A DNA stretch of 64,000 nt from an uncultured delta proteobacterium (GCA_963827685.1 CAWHBU010000006.1:480001-544000); one strand, 5' to 3'. Shown: positions 28,717 to 39,562, numbered from the stretch's first letter. The notes: a model not told the origin generated them from the sequence alone. Translations and numbers: made by a program.

Positions 28717-29649
28717 TTATGATCTGAGCCATTTCTTGTTGATCTTCACTCTTGCCTTCCGTTTGAGGCCCTTCAACCACTTCTGATAATTCTCCTCCCC
28801 CTTCTTTTGCTCAAGCTCCTGCAGAATCCCCAACCTGGCTTCTTCAAAAGAAATCTGCCGGGGTTCGGTTTTTTCTTCCAATTTGAAAATATGATACCCA
28901 TACGGGCTTTTGATCACCTCACTGATCGCTCCAACCTCCATGTTAAAAACACAGTCGAACTCGCTTGGCTTCTCTCCTTGGCTGAAATAGCCCAAATCTC
29001 CACCCTGAACCTTTTCAGGCCCCAGAGATTTCTCCATCGCCACCTTCTCAAAGCGCTCTCCTTTTTTTAGCCGTTTCAGGATCTGTATCGCTTCCTCCCC
29101 ATCTGCCACAACGATCTGACGTACCCTCACCTTCTGGCCAATCTGAAATGAGGACCGATGGTCTTCATAATAGCGAAGGGCTTCCTTTTCATCGACTTTC
29201 TCTCGGGAATGCAAGACACCCCGGATGACTTTCTCGGCTAATAATTTTTCTTCCAGCCGGACTTTCCATTCTTCCAGGGTCATCCCCTTGAGATCCAATG
29301 TCTCTCCAAATCCTCCCCCAGAATAATCCATTTTTATTTCAGAAATGGCCTGATTCAACTCTTCCGGAGAGATCTTGACTCCCAAGCGTCGGGCCTCCTG
29401 GACGAGAATCTTGCGTTCGATCACCTGATCGAGATAAGCCTGCCTCAGGTTTCCAAGATCTGCTCCTTTCGCCTCCCTACCTGGTTCTAATATCAACTCC
29501 TTCAACTCACGGTCAAATTCTTCAACCGAGATCTGTTCCTCATTGACTTGAGCGATAATATGCTCAGGGAGTCCCGTTTCCCACAGGTCACATCCGCACG
29601 GGAAAAATAATAGGAGGGTTAAGATAAGGAGGGCGGAAAATTTCTTCAT
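28717..29649 (-). CDS. Parvulin-type PPIase lipoprotein
   Basis: Lipobox, SurA-N-like region, RQIVV, GGDLGYF, SPYGYHIFK. Confidence 0.9.
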   Translation of the reverse strand: MKKFSALLILTLLLFFPCGCDLWETGLPEHIIAQVNEEQISVEEFDRELKELILEPGREAKGADLGNLRQAYLDQVIERKILVQEARRLGVKISPEELNQAISEIKMDYSGGGFGETLDLKGMTLEEWKVRLEEKLLAEKVIRGVLHSREKVDEKEALRYYEDHRSSFQIGQKVRVRQIVVADGEEAIQILKRLKKGERFEKVAMEKSLGPEKVQGGDLGYFSQGEKPSEFDCVFNMEVGAISEVIKSPYGYHIFKLEEKTEPRQISFEEARLGILQELEQKKGEENYQKWLKGLKRKARVKINKKWLRS

Positions 29650-30557
29650 TTCTTCCCTTCTTTTGGTTTCACCTCCTTTTTCTCCTCTTCAGTCCACAGC
29701 TTCTCATTGACGAGCACCTTGGCTTTCGATTTTGCTTCCTTCACATATTCAAGATAGGCGTCCTGCCTTTTCTTCGGCTGGAGAAAAAAGTGGATCCTTT
29801 CTTTGACTTGATTCAGGGGCCTCAAGGTGCTCCCCCGCATATCTTCCAATCGGATGATATGGTATCCATAGGGCGTGCTGATCACCTCACTGATCTCCCC
29901 TCTCTTTCTGAGGGAAAAGGCCGCTTCTTCAAACTGAGCAAAGGGAGGGGCCAACTGCCCTCGGCGAATATAGCCAAGATTTCCCCCATCCTCCTTGAAT
30001 TTACCGATATTGTAGGTAGAGGCTAACTTCTCAAAACTTTCACCCTGCGAAAGTTTCGTCACCACTTCCTTCAGAGCAGGCTCCGTATTGACAACAATGT
30101 GACGAATCTTTATCTCCTGCGGTTCCGTAAAAAGGGCTTGGTTCTCTTTATAGTACCGTTGAATCTCCTCATCTGAGACTTCCCCTCTTCCTCTCAATCC
30201 CTCTTCGAGAAGGGCTTCGATGAGGATCGCCCTTCTCGCATCTTCGATCTTAGCCTGAGTTTCTTTATTCTTATCCAGGCCTCTCTTCTTGGCTTCCTGG
30301 TAGAGCACCTCTCGGGGGATCACATAATTTTCGAGAAAATCTCTTGTCCCCTTCTCGCTCAACAACCTCATCTTTCCTTCCAAGGGTTGCTTTTCCAACA
30401 TCTGCTGAAATTCTTCCAGAGAGATGGAGACATTGTTGATCCTGACCAGTTCCTTCTCCCCTAACGCCTTCTCCCCTGATTTCTGACAGCCCGAAATCAA
30501 GAAAGAAAGGGAGAGCAAAATTCCTAAAAAAATCAGTCTCTTCATCATCGCCCTCAC
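29646..30557 (-). CDS. Parvulin-type PPIase lipoprotein
   Basis: ISGC lipobox, RHIVV, GGNLGY, TPYGYHIIRL. Confidence 0.9.
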   Translation of the reverse strand: MRAMMKRLIFLGILLSLSFLISGCQKSGEKALGEKELVRINNVSISLEEFQQMLEKQPLEGKMRLLSEKGTRDFLENYVIPREVLYQEAKKRGLDKNKETQAKIEDARRAILIEALLEEGLRGRGEVSDEEIQRYYKENQALFTEPQEIKIRHIVVNTEPALKEVVTKLSQGESFEKLASTYNIGKFKEDGGNLGYIRRGQLAPPFAQFEEAAFSLRKRGEISEVISTPYGYHIIRLEDMRGSTLRPLNQVKERIHFFLQPKKRQDAYLEYVKEAKSKAKVLVNEKLWTEEEKKEVKPKEGKK

Positions 30558-30762
30558 CTTGTGAATCTATCAATAAGCTTATTTCCCCTTCTTTATGGAG
30601 CCCGAAGTCCCCCGTCTAAGGTCGGGACAGGCCGGCCAAAAGCCGTGCCTGCACGCCGAAGTGCCTGCTTTCGCCGTAATGCCTTCTGCAGGTAGGCGTT
30701 ACGGCACGCAGGCGTAGCCTCCCCTGCCGGGGCCAAAAAGGGGCACGATGATATTTACCATA

Positions 30763-33700
30763 TCAAGCCAATGCTTGCAATAGCTTTTTAGCCGCCCCGA
30801 AAGGATCTCGCCTTGCATCAGGCCACCCTTCAATAACCAATTTAGAGTCCGGGGTGAATCGATGCTTACCCTCCCCTTGCTGTACAAGATCCACTACCCT
30901 TTGTGGAGAAACCCGGGTGCTCTCGTCAAAGGTGAGCACAAACTGAGAAGGAGTCTGTTCAAACTTTTTGATCGACATTCTCGTCAGGAGGATTTTCACC
31001 TTGATCACCTCCAGGAGATGATCCACCTCTTTGGGAATCTTCCCAAATCGGTCGATCAGTTCCTCTCGAGTCATCTCCACCTCTTCCTCGGAACGAGAAA
31101 GAGAAAGCCTTCGATAGAGACTCAGTCGCTCTCCCGGATCCTCCACATAGGCCTCCGGAATGAAGGCGGGAAGATGGAAGTGAATCTCCGGAGTAATCTC
31201 TTCGACAACTTCCTCCCCTTTTAATTCCCTGACTGCCTTCTCCATTAATTGGGTGTAGAGTTCAAATCCCACGGCAGTGATGTGCCCGGATTGCGATGGC
31301 CCCAGAAGGTTTCCCGCTCCCCGAATCTCCAAATCTTGAATGGCCAGTTTGAATCCGGAACCCAGCTCACTCAATTCTTGAATCGCCCGGAGCCTTCTCA
31401 TGGCATCGTTGGAAAGGATGAGATCTCCTGGAGTGATAAGATAAGCATAGGCTTGGTGGCTCCCCCGTCCCACCCGGCCACGAATTTGATAGAGGTCTGC
31501 CAGACCAAAACGCTCCGCGTGATTGATCAAGATGGTGTTGGCGGTCGGGATATCCAAACCGGATTCGATGATACTGGTACAGACGAGAAGATTCACTTCC
31601 TTCCTGACGAATTGGAGCATCACCTTCTCCAATTCCCTTTCCCTCATCTGACCATGAGCAATGGCCAGAGAGGCCTCTGGAACAAGCTGTTTCAAATGGT
31701 GAGCGATCGTATGGATGTTTTGAACGCGATGATGGACGAAGAAGACTTGCCCCCCTCGATCGAACTCCCTCTGGATGGCATCTCGGATGACTTCGTCATC
31801 ATAACGGGTCACGAAAGTCCGAATCGACAGGCGATTTTCAGGGGGGGTCTGGATGAGACTGAGATCCCGAATTCCGGAGACAGCCATCTGAAGCGTCCTC
31901 GGAATAGGGGTTGCCGTGAGCGTGATCACATCCACCAATTTTCTCATCTGCTTCAATTTCTCCTTATGGGAGACGCCGAATCGATGCTCCTCATCAATCA
32001 CCACCAGCCCCAGATCCCGGAAGGACACATCTTTCTGCAAAAGTCGGTGGGTCCCGATCACAATATCCACCTTCCCTTCTCTCAGCCGTTGAAGGATCTC
32101 CTTCTGCTCCCGGGGACTTTTAAACCGGCTCAATACCTCGATCACCACCGGATAAAGCTTGAAGCGTTCGCGAAAGGTCTGGTGGTGCTGTTGGGCCAGA
32201 ACCGTGGTAGGGACTAAAATAGCGACCTGTTTTCCGCTCATCACGGCACGATAGGCCGCCCGGAGTGCCACCTCTGTCTTACCATATCCCACATCTCCAC
32301 AGATCAAGCGATCCATCGGCTTGGGGCTGCTCATATCTTTCGTCACCGTATCAATCGCTTCCATCTGATCCGGGGTCTCCTCATATTCAAACGCGGCTTC
32401 AAACTCTTTATAAAACTGGTCTAAGGGAGGAAATTTGAAACCCTCGAAAACCTGTCTGGCTGCATAGAGGTCCAGGAGTTCTTTCACCATCTCTGAAACA
32501 GCAGCCTTCGCCTTCTTCTTCGCCCTCTGCCACGAATGGCTTCCCAGTTTATCCAGTCCGGGGGGTTTTCCGTCTCCTCCAATATAGCGTTGAATTAAAT
32601 TGAGCCGGTCCACGGGAAGATAGAGTTTATCTCCATCCTGATATTCTAAGAGCAGGTAGTCGTTCGAGACCCCTCCAATCTTCAAATGCCTCAGTCCTCT
32701 ATAATGACCGATCCCGTAGTCGATATGGACGATGAAATCATCTTCTCGAAGTTCACGGTATGCAGAGAGGGTCGGGCTCCCTCTCTGCCATGAAGCAGAA
32801 GCCATGGAAGTCCGAATCCTCCCTTCGGGAAGCCTCCTTCTCTCGCCAAAGATTTCCTCTTCGGTCAGAATCACCCACCCCTCCCAAAGGTTTCGAAACC
32901 CTGAGGAGAGGGAGCCGACAAGAAGAACAAGACTTCCTCCGGATGGATCGAGGGCCTCTCCGAACCTCTTCGCTTTTTCCAGGCGTGGTTCCACTCCATA
33001 CTCGGAGAAAAGTTCTCTCAATCGCTCAGCCTGACCCGGGGTATGGGAAACGACAAAGACCCCCATTCCTTTTGCCTGCCAGTCATGAAGGTTCTTCAGG
33101 AGGATTGAAAAAGGAGAAGTTTCCGGGAAACCGGCTTTTGAAGCGAGGACGGTTTTCATCTCCCTCTGGAGATTCTCATTGCTCTCCATCTCAAAAGAAA
33201 AAACTTGTTGACACGGGGAAGGCGCGAGGGGCCCTCCTTGAAGATAGACCGTTTGAAATTTTTCTAAACGAAGGGAGACCTCTTCATCGCGAAGATAAAC
33301 GGTTTCTGGCGGGAGCACAGATTTCTTTTTTAACAAGGCCTTCTCATAATGTTCTTCAATCAGACGAGAAAAGGCCTCGACCTCTTTCTCCACTTCGTCA
33401 CCTTCTTCAATAAAGACGATTTCATTCCCTTTCAGGTAGTCCAAAAGTGTCTTCAAAGGTTGAACGGCGGCATCTCTTGAAATATCCCTTGTCGGGAGAA
33501 GGATGGCATTTCCCATCACCCCCTGCGGAAGAGAACGCTGAGTCTCTATCTCGAATAAGCGAATGGACTCTAATCGGTCTCCATCAAATTCCAATCGAAG
33601 GGGTTCTTCATAAAATGGAGTAGAAAGGTCGATGATGGCCCCCCGGACGCTAAAATCTCCCCTCTCTTCCACAATCTTTGCCGGGAGATATCCTCCTTCA

Positions 33701-34173
33701 TGAAGAAAATGGATCACTCGGTCACGATCCACCTCTTCGCCCACCGAGAGAGAAAAAACAGATTCTTTTAAATCGACTGGAGCCAGAACCTTCTGCATCA
33801 AAGCCTTGATGGAAGAGACGATCACTGCTTCCTCCCCTTTGAGAAGGGAAAAAAGGACTCTCACCCGCTCCCTGGTGATTTCGGGATGAGGAGGGATTTC
33901 ATCGTAAGGGAGGGTTTCCCATTGAGGGAAGAGAAAAGATGGAACCTCCGAATCTTTCATAAAAAATCGGAGATCTTCGAGGAGGACCTCCGCATTCCTC
34001 AGGTGGGGGACGATGACCAACAAAGGCCCCCTCACCTTATCTCTCCAACGAGACAAAAGATAGGCCTTGGAAGAACCCGCAAGACCGGTCAATCCAATAC
34101 GCTTCCATTCTCTCCAGGGTTCTGAGCCGAACCACGAATCAATGGAAAGGTTTCTCTGTGACCATTCATCCAT
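30763..34173 (-). CDS. mfd: Transcription-repair coupling factor
   Basis: UvrB-like N-terminus, VHIDYGIG (RID), CGDVGYGKTE, DEEHRFG, TATPIPRT, QIRGRVGR, TRCF C-terminus. Confidence 0.97.
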   Translation of the reverse strand: MDEWSQRNLSIDSWFGSEPWREWKRIGLTGLAGSSKAYLLSRWRDKVRGPLLVIVPHLRNAEVLLEDLRFFMKDSEVPSFLFPQWETLPYDEIPPHPEITRERVRVLFSLLKGEEAVIVSSIKALMQKVLAPVDLKESVFSLSVGEEVDRDRVIHFLHEGGYLPAKIVEERGDFSVRGAIIDLSTPFYEEPLRLEFDGDRLESIRLFEIETQRSLPQGVMGNAILLPTRDISRDAAVQPLKTLLDYLKGNEIVFIEEGDEVEKEVEAFSRLIEEHYEKALLKKKSVLPPETVYLRDEEVSLRLEKFQTVYLQGGPLAPSPCQQVFSFEMESNENLQREMKTVLASKAGFPETSPFSILLKNLHDWQAKGMGVFVVSHTPGQAERLRELFSEYGVEPRLEKAKRFGEALDPSGGSLVLLVGSLSSGFRNLWEGWVILTEEEIFGERRRLPEGRIRTSMASASWQRGSPTLSAYRELREDDFIVHIDYGIGHYRGLRHLKIGGVSNDYLLLEYQDGDKLYLPVDRLNLIQRYIGGDGKPPGLDKLGSHSWQRAKKKAKAAVSEMVKELLDLYAARQVFEGFKFPPLDQFYKEFEAAFEYEETPDQMEAIDTVTKDMSSPKPMDRLICGDVGYGKTEVALRAAYRAVMSGKQVAILVPTTVLAQQHHQTFRERFKLYPVVIEVLSRFKSPREQKEILQRLREGKVDIVIGTHRLLQKDVSFRDLGLVVIDEEHRFGVSHKEKLKQMRKLVDVITLTATPIPRTLQMAVSGIRDLSLIQTPPENRLSIRTFVTRYDDEVIRDAIQREFDRGGQVFFVHHRVQNIHTIAHHLKQLVPEASLAIAHGQMRERELEKVMLQFVRKEVNLLVCTSIIESGLDIPTANTILINHAERFGLADLYQIRGRVGRGSHQAYAYLITPGDLILSNDAMRRLRAIQELSELGSGFKLAIQDLEIRGAGNLLGPSQSGHITAVGFELYTQLMEKAVRELKGEEVVEEITPEIHFHLPAFIPEAYVEDPGERLSLYRRLSLSRSEEEVEMTREELIDRFGKIPKEVDHLLEVIKVKILLTRMSIKKFEQTPSQFVLTFDESTRVSPQRVVDLVQQGEGKHRFTPDSKLVIEGWPDARRDPFGAAKKLLQALA

Positions 34174-34351
34174 ATTTATCTATTTTCCATTTAAAGTGGC
34201 AAATGTGTCAAGTTAGGATAAGCACCAAATCCCAAGCACCTGCCTGCGCGAAGCCGCTCTCGCCTGCCAAAGAACTTGTCCGGCGAGTAGTTCGGCGAAG
34301 GCAGGCCAAATAACAAATAATGACCAAAGCTCCAATGACCGAAATTTAAAT

Positions 34352-34400
34352 CCCCTCACCCCGTCCCTCTCCCCTCAGGGGAGAGGGGAAGGGTGAGGGG
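34352..34400. repeat. CCCCTCACCC...GGGTGAGGGG REP-like hairpin
   Basis: Related copies at about 21231-21276 and 60457-60548. Confidence 0.75.
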
Positions 34401-34499
34401 CGGGTTGGGTTATTTGGACATTGGGAGTTTGAAATTTATTTGGAATTTGTGACTTGGAAATTGGGATTTCAAGAAATCGTTTGGGGATGATTGCCCCCG

Positions 34500-34985
34500 T
34501 CATCTCCCTCTGCGTGATCGATAGAACCGAATCCATTTTAAGGAGAGAGGATAGGCAACGAAACTGAGGAGGGTGCAGAGAATTAATGAACCGATCCCAA
34601 AAGAGAGGAGGAGACCCGATTGAGATGTGATACGACTCCAAAAATTTGAACTTATAAATTCATGATCCATTCCAAATTGAAAAATCCCCTTGAGTGTCGC
34701 CCAATCAATCCAAAACCCTGTCACCCGCATTCCTACCCATGTAGCAATCACATAATATGGGACGATCCACCAAGGATTGTTTGTCCAGACTCCTAAAAGA
34801 ATGGCCACCCGGTTCAAACCGAATAGAAAAGCAATCGCCAAACCAACAAGGGTGTGAAGACCCAAAAATGGCGAAAAACCCAAGAAGATGCCGATGGCAT
34901 AGGCCAAGGCCGTTCTTTCAGGGGTATCTTCGATATGGAGAAGTTTTTTAATCAAGTCTTTGAAACCAGTCATCCGACGATCCAT
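34500..34985 (-). CDS. DUF2062 membrane protein
   Basis: DTPERTALAYAIGIFLGFSPFLGLHT and W.NNP motifs. Confidence 0.85.
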   Translation of the reverse strand: MDRRMTGFKDLIKKLLHIEDTPERTALAYAIGIFLGFSPFLGLHTLVGLAIAFLFGLNRVAILLGVWTNNPWWIVPYYVIATWVGMRVTGFWIDWATLKGIFQFGMDHEFISSNFWSRITSQSGLLLSFGIGSLILCTLLSFVAYPLSLKWIRFYRSRRGR

Positions 34986-34995
34986 AAGGATTGCT

Positions 34996-35064
34996 GTCTT
35001 TCCTGCGAAAGCAGGAATCCATTATCCTCATTGGTCCTGGATTCCCGTTTTCACGGGAATGACA
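34996..35064. repeat. GTC(A/T)TTCC...GGAATCCA / TGGATTCC...GGAATGAC REP-like doublet
   Basis: Second copy at about 23535-23599. Confidence 0.75.
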
Positions 35065-35077
35065 CTTCCGCTCTATT

Positions 35078-35776
35078 TCAATCCGGGTGCGCGGAAAACC
35101 AGAGACATTCAATGCTCAGAAGACACTTATTACACTCAGGCTTCCTTACCTTACAAATAGATCTTCCAAATCGGATGAGGTTGAGGTGAAGTGACAAGGA
35201 CTTTTCCTTCGGGATGAGGGAAATCATCCATAAATGAGCCTTTTCTGCATCCATCCGTTCCGGAATGAAACCGAGACGCTTCCCAATCCGAAGGATATGA
35301 GTATCAACTGGAAAGGCCTCCCTTTCAAGACCAAAGAGTAGGAGGCAGTGAAGCGTCTTAGGACCGATCCCTTTCAGGGCGCCAATCATTTTCTTAATCT
35401 CCCCAGAATCCATCTTTTTTAAGAACGAAAGACTCAATCTCCCCTCACGTTTTTTGATCCAATGAAGGATTTCACGGATACGCCTTGCCTTTTGTTCAGC
35501 CAATCCACCCGGTCGAATAGCTGAAACGATACTTTTTGTTTTCGCCTCCAGGACATCCTCCCAGCGGGGAAAGCGTTTTTTCAACCTCTGATAAGCTTTG
35601 TCTCGATTTTGATCGTTGGTATTCTGCGAAAGAATGGTTTCGATGAGAATATTAAGAGGGTTCTCGAGACCCTTTCTCCGGGGGATGCCGTATTGCTTTT
35701 CCAGAAGGAGGGTAATTTTTCTTACCTTTGCTTTTAGATCCTCACATCCTTGCCATCGCTTCTTTGATCTTCTCAC
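35078..35776 (-). CDS. Endonuclease III-like HhH-GPD DNA glycosylase
   Basis: TILSQNT.D, LKGIGPKT, FPVDTHI.R, C-x6-C-x2-C-x5-C cluster. Start uncertain. Confidence 0.9.
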   Translation of the reverse strand: MRRSKKRWQGCEDLKAKVRKITLLLEKQYGIPRRKGLENPLNILIETILSQNTNDQNRDKAYQRLKKRFPRWEDVLEAKTKSIVSAIRPGGLAEQKARRIREILHWIKKREGRLSLSFLKKMDSGEIKKMIGALKGIGPKTLHCLLLFGLEREAFPVDTHILRIGKRLGFIPERMDAEKAHLWMISLIPKEKSLSLHLNLIRFGRSICKVRKPECNKCLLSIECLWFSAHPD

Positions 35777-36944
35777 TCAGTTGTCCTTTGAGAAAGTCCT
35801 TGATCCTTGTCTTGACCTTCCTCACAAACCCCTGATAAGTTTCTCTCCCCGCCAATGTCTGAAGATAGAACTCCCCCATTTCAGGATAGCGTTTCAGAGT
35901 TCGATAGGCTAATTTCGTAAAACGAAAAACGAAATGAGATAGAATGAGCGCCCATTTCAGGTTTCCATAGATATCATCATGAACTGCTCTTTGATAAAAA
36001 TCAGAAGGAGCCATCTCCCCCTTTTTCCATTCCATGATCGCCTCACCAGCCAGCATCCCGCTTCGAACGGCATAGTAAATCCCCTCTCCTTGCAGGGGAT
36101 CCATCAGATGGGCCGCATCGCCGACAAGAAGAATTCTTCCCTGCGAGACCTTCTGTTTTTCATCATAAAAAGAAGGGAGGGGATGACCCGTGATCTTTCC
36201 TGTCTTCCCTTCCGGGATATAGTCCAACCCTTTGAGGAAGGATTTGAAGTATTGGCGAGGATTCATCTTCTTCGTTTCTCTAAACATTCCGCCGATGCCG
36301 ATGGAGAGCCATTCCTTTTTTGGAAAGACCCAACCATACCCATTGGGAATTCCCCCAAAATCCAAATGGACGAGCTGGAGTTCCTTTGCGGGGAACGGGA
36401 TGGAGGAATCAAAAGGGATCTCACTTTCGATGGCTATCCCACTTCCATCGCTTTTCTGGGGCCTTAACGATAAAGACCTCGCCACAATACTCTCTGCTCC
36501 GTCCGCGCCGATGAGATATCGACAATGAAGCCTCTCCCCGTCTCCCAACGCCACCTCAACCCCATTCGCCTTTTCCTCTACTCTCGTCACTTTCTCCCCT
36601 TCCAGGACGGCCGCTCCCTCCTCTAACGCTTTGTTGACCAAAAGCTGATCGAAGCGGTCTCTCATCACCAAATATGCAATCGGATCTTTGGATTCGATGA
36701 AAAAAGGATCTTTGGAGCAATAAGTGAATTTTGCTCCGTAGATGGTGTTCTCAACGACTGGACTGAGATCAAAGCCAAGCAGATGGACCGTTTTAGTGGA
36801 AAGACAACCCCCGCAGGGTTTGTATCTGGGCAATCGTTCCTTCTCAATGAGAAGAATCTTTAACCCCGCCTTGGCACAGAACCTCGCCGCCGTCGATCCT
36901 CCCGGCCCTCCGCCCACCACAATCACATCGTAGTCCCAATGCAT
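35742..36944 (-). CDS. Geranylgeranyl-reductase-family flavoprotein
   Basis: GGGPGG, RYKPCGG, R..FD..L, GADG, GYGWVFPK, GDAA...DPL.GEGIYYA. Confidence 0.9.
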   Translation of the reverse strand: MHWDYDVIVVGGGPGGSTAARFCAKAGLKILLIEKERLPRYKPCGGCLSTKTVHLLGFDLSPVVENTIYGAKFTYCSKDPFFIESKDPIAYLVMRDRFDQLLVNKALEEGAAVLEGEKVTRVEEKANGVEVALGDGERLHCRYLIGADGAESIVARSLSLRPQKSDGSGIAIESEIPFDSSIPFPAKELQLVHLDFGGIPNGYGWVFPKKEWLSIGIGGMFRETKKMNPRQYFKSFLKGLDYIPEGKTGKITGHPLPSFYDEKQKVSQGRILLVGDAAHLMDPLQGEGIYYAVRSGMLAGEAIMEWKKGEMAPSDFYQRAVHDDIYGNLKWALILSHFVFRFTKLAYRTLKRYPEMGEFYLQTLAGRETYQGFVRKVKTRIKDFLKGQLSEKIKEAMARM

Positions 36945-37024
36945 GGCAGTTATCCTACAATCACTTTATCAAAATTACCACGAAACCAAGATTTGTCAAC
37001 AGATAAGAAAGAATTGGCAAGTTT

Positions 37025-38074
37025 CTATTTTATGATCTTCGCCACATATTCAGCGATGGCAGGGGCCGCCGTCAACCCTGGAGATTCAATCCCCAGGAGA
37101 TGGACCCTTCCCTTTTCTTGCTTCTGGATCACAAAATCTGCTTGCAACTCACCATGGCAGTAAACTTTGGGGCGGTTGCCAGAATAGCCCGGATAGATTC
37201 TCTGAATATTGAAGTCAGGAACAATGGCAAGGGCCCCTTTCGCAAATTCCTCACGAGGTGTCTGAATTTCATAATCCTCTCTATCGGATACTTCGACAGC
37301 CGAAGGGCCGATCAGGGTTTCTTCTCCAAGCGTCCGGGTCAGATGGATCCCCAGGCTGTGGGGGGAATCTGGAACAGGGTAGACTAATCCTCTAATCACC
37401 TCTTCGGTCGTATTATAGTAATCACCCTTGTGCGGAACGATTTCGTATCCCTCAAGGCCACACATCTCTGCAATGCTGTCGCTATAAAGTCCTGCGGCAT
37501 TGATGATCATCTCAGCCTCCATTTCGCCTCGGGTAGTTGTCAGACTATTATGGTCGTCAATGGATAGGACCTTGCATTGCCTCACGATCGTTACTCCCAG
37601 TCCTTTCAGCGTCCTTTCTATGATCCTCATATAGGCGGCCATGTCGAGAATCCCCGTTTCAGGAGAGTGGAGGGCTGCCAAGCACCTCACTCGGGGCTCG
37701 ATCTTCTGAACCTCAGCCTCATTTAACAGCCTCAGGTTTTCCACGCCGTTTTCGTCACCTCGTTTTCTTAGGTCTTCCAGTGCCTCCAATTCCGAAGAGA
37801 CGAGGGCTACAATGATCTTCCCGCATTTCCAATGGGGGATATTGTGGTTTTGCAGAAATTCATAGGTCAAATGGCGACCTCGAACGCAAAGTCTGGCCTT
37901 GAGGGAACCTTGGGGATAATAGATTCCTCCATGAATCACACCACTGTTTCGTGTGCTCGTGTGCTCCCCTAAGGCCTTCTCCTTCTCCAAGAGAAAAACC
38001 TCTTTCCCCTCTTTCGCCAAACGATAAGCCATATGACATCCCACAATGCCTCCGCCGACAACGGCCACTTCCAT
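37025..38074 (-). CDS. L-2-hydroxyglutarate oxidase-like FAD-dependent oxidoreductase
   Basis: GGGIVG, TSTRNSGVIHGGIYY, NAAGLYSD, GIESPGLTAAPAI. Confidence 0.88.
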   Translation of the reverse strand: MEVAVVGGGIVGCHMAYRLAKEGKEVFLLEKEKALGEHTSTRNSGVIHGGIYYPQGSLKARLCVRGRHLTYEFLQNHNIPHWKCGKIIVALVSSELEALEDLRKRGDENGVENLRLLNEAEVQKIEPRVRCLAALHSPETGILDMAAYMRIIERTLKGLGVTIVRQCKVLSIDDHNSLTTTRGEMEAEMIINAAGLYSDSIAEMCGLEGYEIVPHKGDYYNTTEEVIRGLVYPVPDSPHSLGIHLTRTLGEETLIGPSAVEVSDREDYEIQTPREEFAKGALAIVPDFNIQRIYPGYSGNRPKVYCHGELQADFVIQKQEKGRVHLLGIESPGLTAAPAIAEYVAKIIK

Positions 38075-38227
38075 GGATGATCCCTTTCCAGAAATGAATT
38101 TATTAGGAAATCTATATCATAATCATCTACTTCATTTAAACCAATTTTTTCTCTTTGTTTAATGCTGAGAGGAATTCCTCCGTCTCGCATTGGAAAACAG
38201 CCATCTCTTAGGTATAATGGGGGCGGG

Positions 38228-39562
38228 ATGAAAGAAACAGTTTGCCTTGTCAGTCTGGGATGTCCCAAGAACTTGGTCGATTCCGAAGTGATCCTCGGCC
38301 TTCTTTCAAAAGAGGGCTATCTTCTGACGACCGATCCTTTAAGGGCTGAAGTTCTCATCGTCAACACCTGCTCCTTTATTGAGAAGGCAACGAAGGAGGC
38401 CATCGAAACCATTCTTCAACTCTCCCGTTTTAAGAAAGAAGGGCGCTGCCGTCTCCTCATCGTTTCTGGATGCCTCCCCCAGCGATATGGAGAAGTTTTG
38501 GAAAAGGAATTACCAGAGGTGGACCTCTTCGTCGGCACCGGAGCGTTTCAAAACCTTCCCAAGTTGCTCTCTCAGAAACCGAAGCGAAAGAGTTTCCTTC
38601 CCAAATCCACTTTTCTTTATGATGAAAAGACACCTCGAATTCTCTCCACCCCTCCTTTCATCGCTTACCTGAAGATTGCAGAGGGTTGTTCCAATGCCTG
38701 CACCTTTTGCACGGTTCCGAAGATCAGGGGTCGTTACCGAAGCAGAAAGCTTCGATCCGTCCTGGAAGAAGCCCAGAGGCTTGCAGATCAAGGGGTTCAG
38801 GAACTTATTCTGATCGCTCAAGACACCACGGCTTATGGAAGAGACCTCCGGGATGGAACCCATTTAGAAAAGCTCCTGAAAAATCTGGTCAAAATAGAAG
38901 GGCTTCGTTGGATCCGGATCCTCTATTCCTACCCCAAAACAGACAATTTCACCGATGGGCTTCTCGAACTGATGGCTCAAGAAGAAAAGACCTGCCCCTA
39001 TCTCGATCTCCCCATCCAACATATCGATGATGAAATCCTCAAACGAATGGGGCGAAGGTCGAAAGGAGCAGAAATTCGGAGTCTCTTAAAAAAGATCAGA
39101 GCCTTTCTCCCGGAAGTCAGCTTGCGTTCTTCCTTGATTGTTGGTTTCCCCGGGGAGAAAGAAAGCCAATTCAAAGCACTCCTGGATTTTGTGGAGGAGG
39201 TTCAGTTCGATCACCTCGGTGCCTTTAAATACTCTCCAGAAGAAGGAACGCCTGCCTTCCGACTCCCTCATCCCATCCCGGAGAGCGTCAAGGGCGAACG
39301 TCTTAGAACTCTGATGGAGATTCAGAAAAAGATCTCTCTGAAAAAATACCAGGAAATCGTGGGCCAGAGGAGGGTGGTTCTCGTCGAAGGCCCACAACAT
39401 GAACGAGGCGTTTTACAGGGGAGGCTTCAAACACAAGCCCCTGAGATCGACGGCTCTGTCTTCTTGTATGGAAAAGCTCAACCTGGCGATCGGGTAGAAG
39501 CCCGAATCGCTGAAGCCCTTCCCTACGATCTTGTCGCCAAGATTGAAAGGGTACTCCCTTAG
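38228..39562 (+). CDS. rimO: Ribosomal protein S12 methylthiotransferase
   Basis: SLGCPKNLVDSE, NTCSFI, AYLKIAEGCSNACTFC, APEIDG TRAM end. Start moved to ATG 38228. Confidence 0.95.
   Translation: MKETVCLVSLGCPKNLVDSEVILGLLSKEGYLLTTDPLRAEVLIVNTCSFIEKATKEAIETILQLSRFKKEGRCRLLIVSGCLPQRYGEVLEKELPEVDLFVGTGAFQNLPKLLSQKPKRKSFLPKSTFLYDEKTPRILSTPPFIAYLKIAEGCSNACTFCTVPKIRGRYRSRKLRSVLEEAQRLADQGVQELILIAQDTTAYGRDLRDGTHLEKLLKNLVKIEGLRWIRILYSYPKTDNFTDGLLELMAQEEKTCPYLDLPIQHIDDEILKRMGRRSKGAEIRSLLKKIRAFLPEVSLRSSLIVGFPGEKESQFKALLDFVEEVQFDHLGAFKYSPEEGTPAFRLPHPIPESVKGERLRTLMEIQKKISLKKYQEIVGQRRVVLVEGPQHERGVLQGRLQTQAPEIDGSVFLYGKAQPGDRVEARIAEALPYDLVAKIERVLP

Noticed and set aside
31249-32217. 322-aa plus-strand ORF
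   Set aside because: Antisense to the conserved mfd helicase core.
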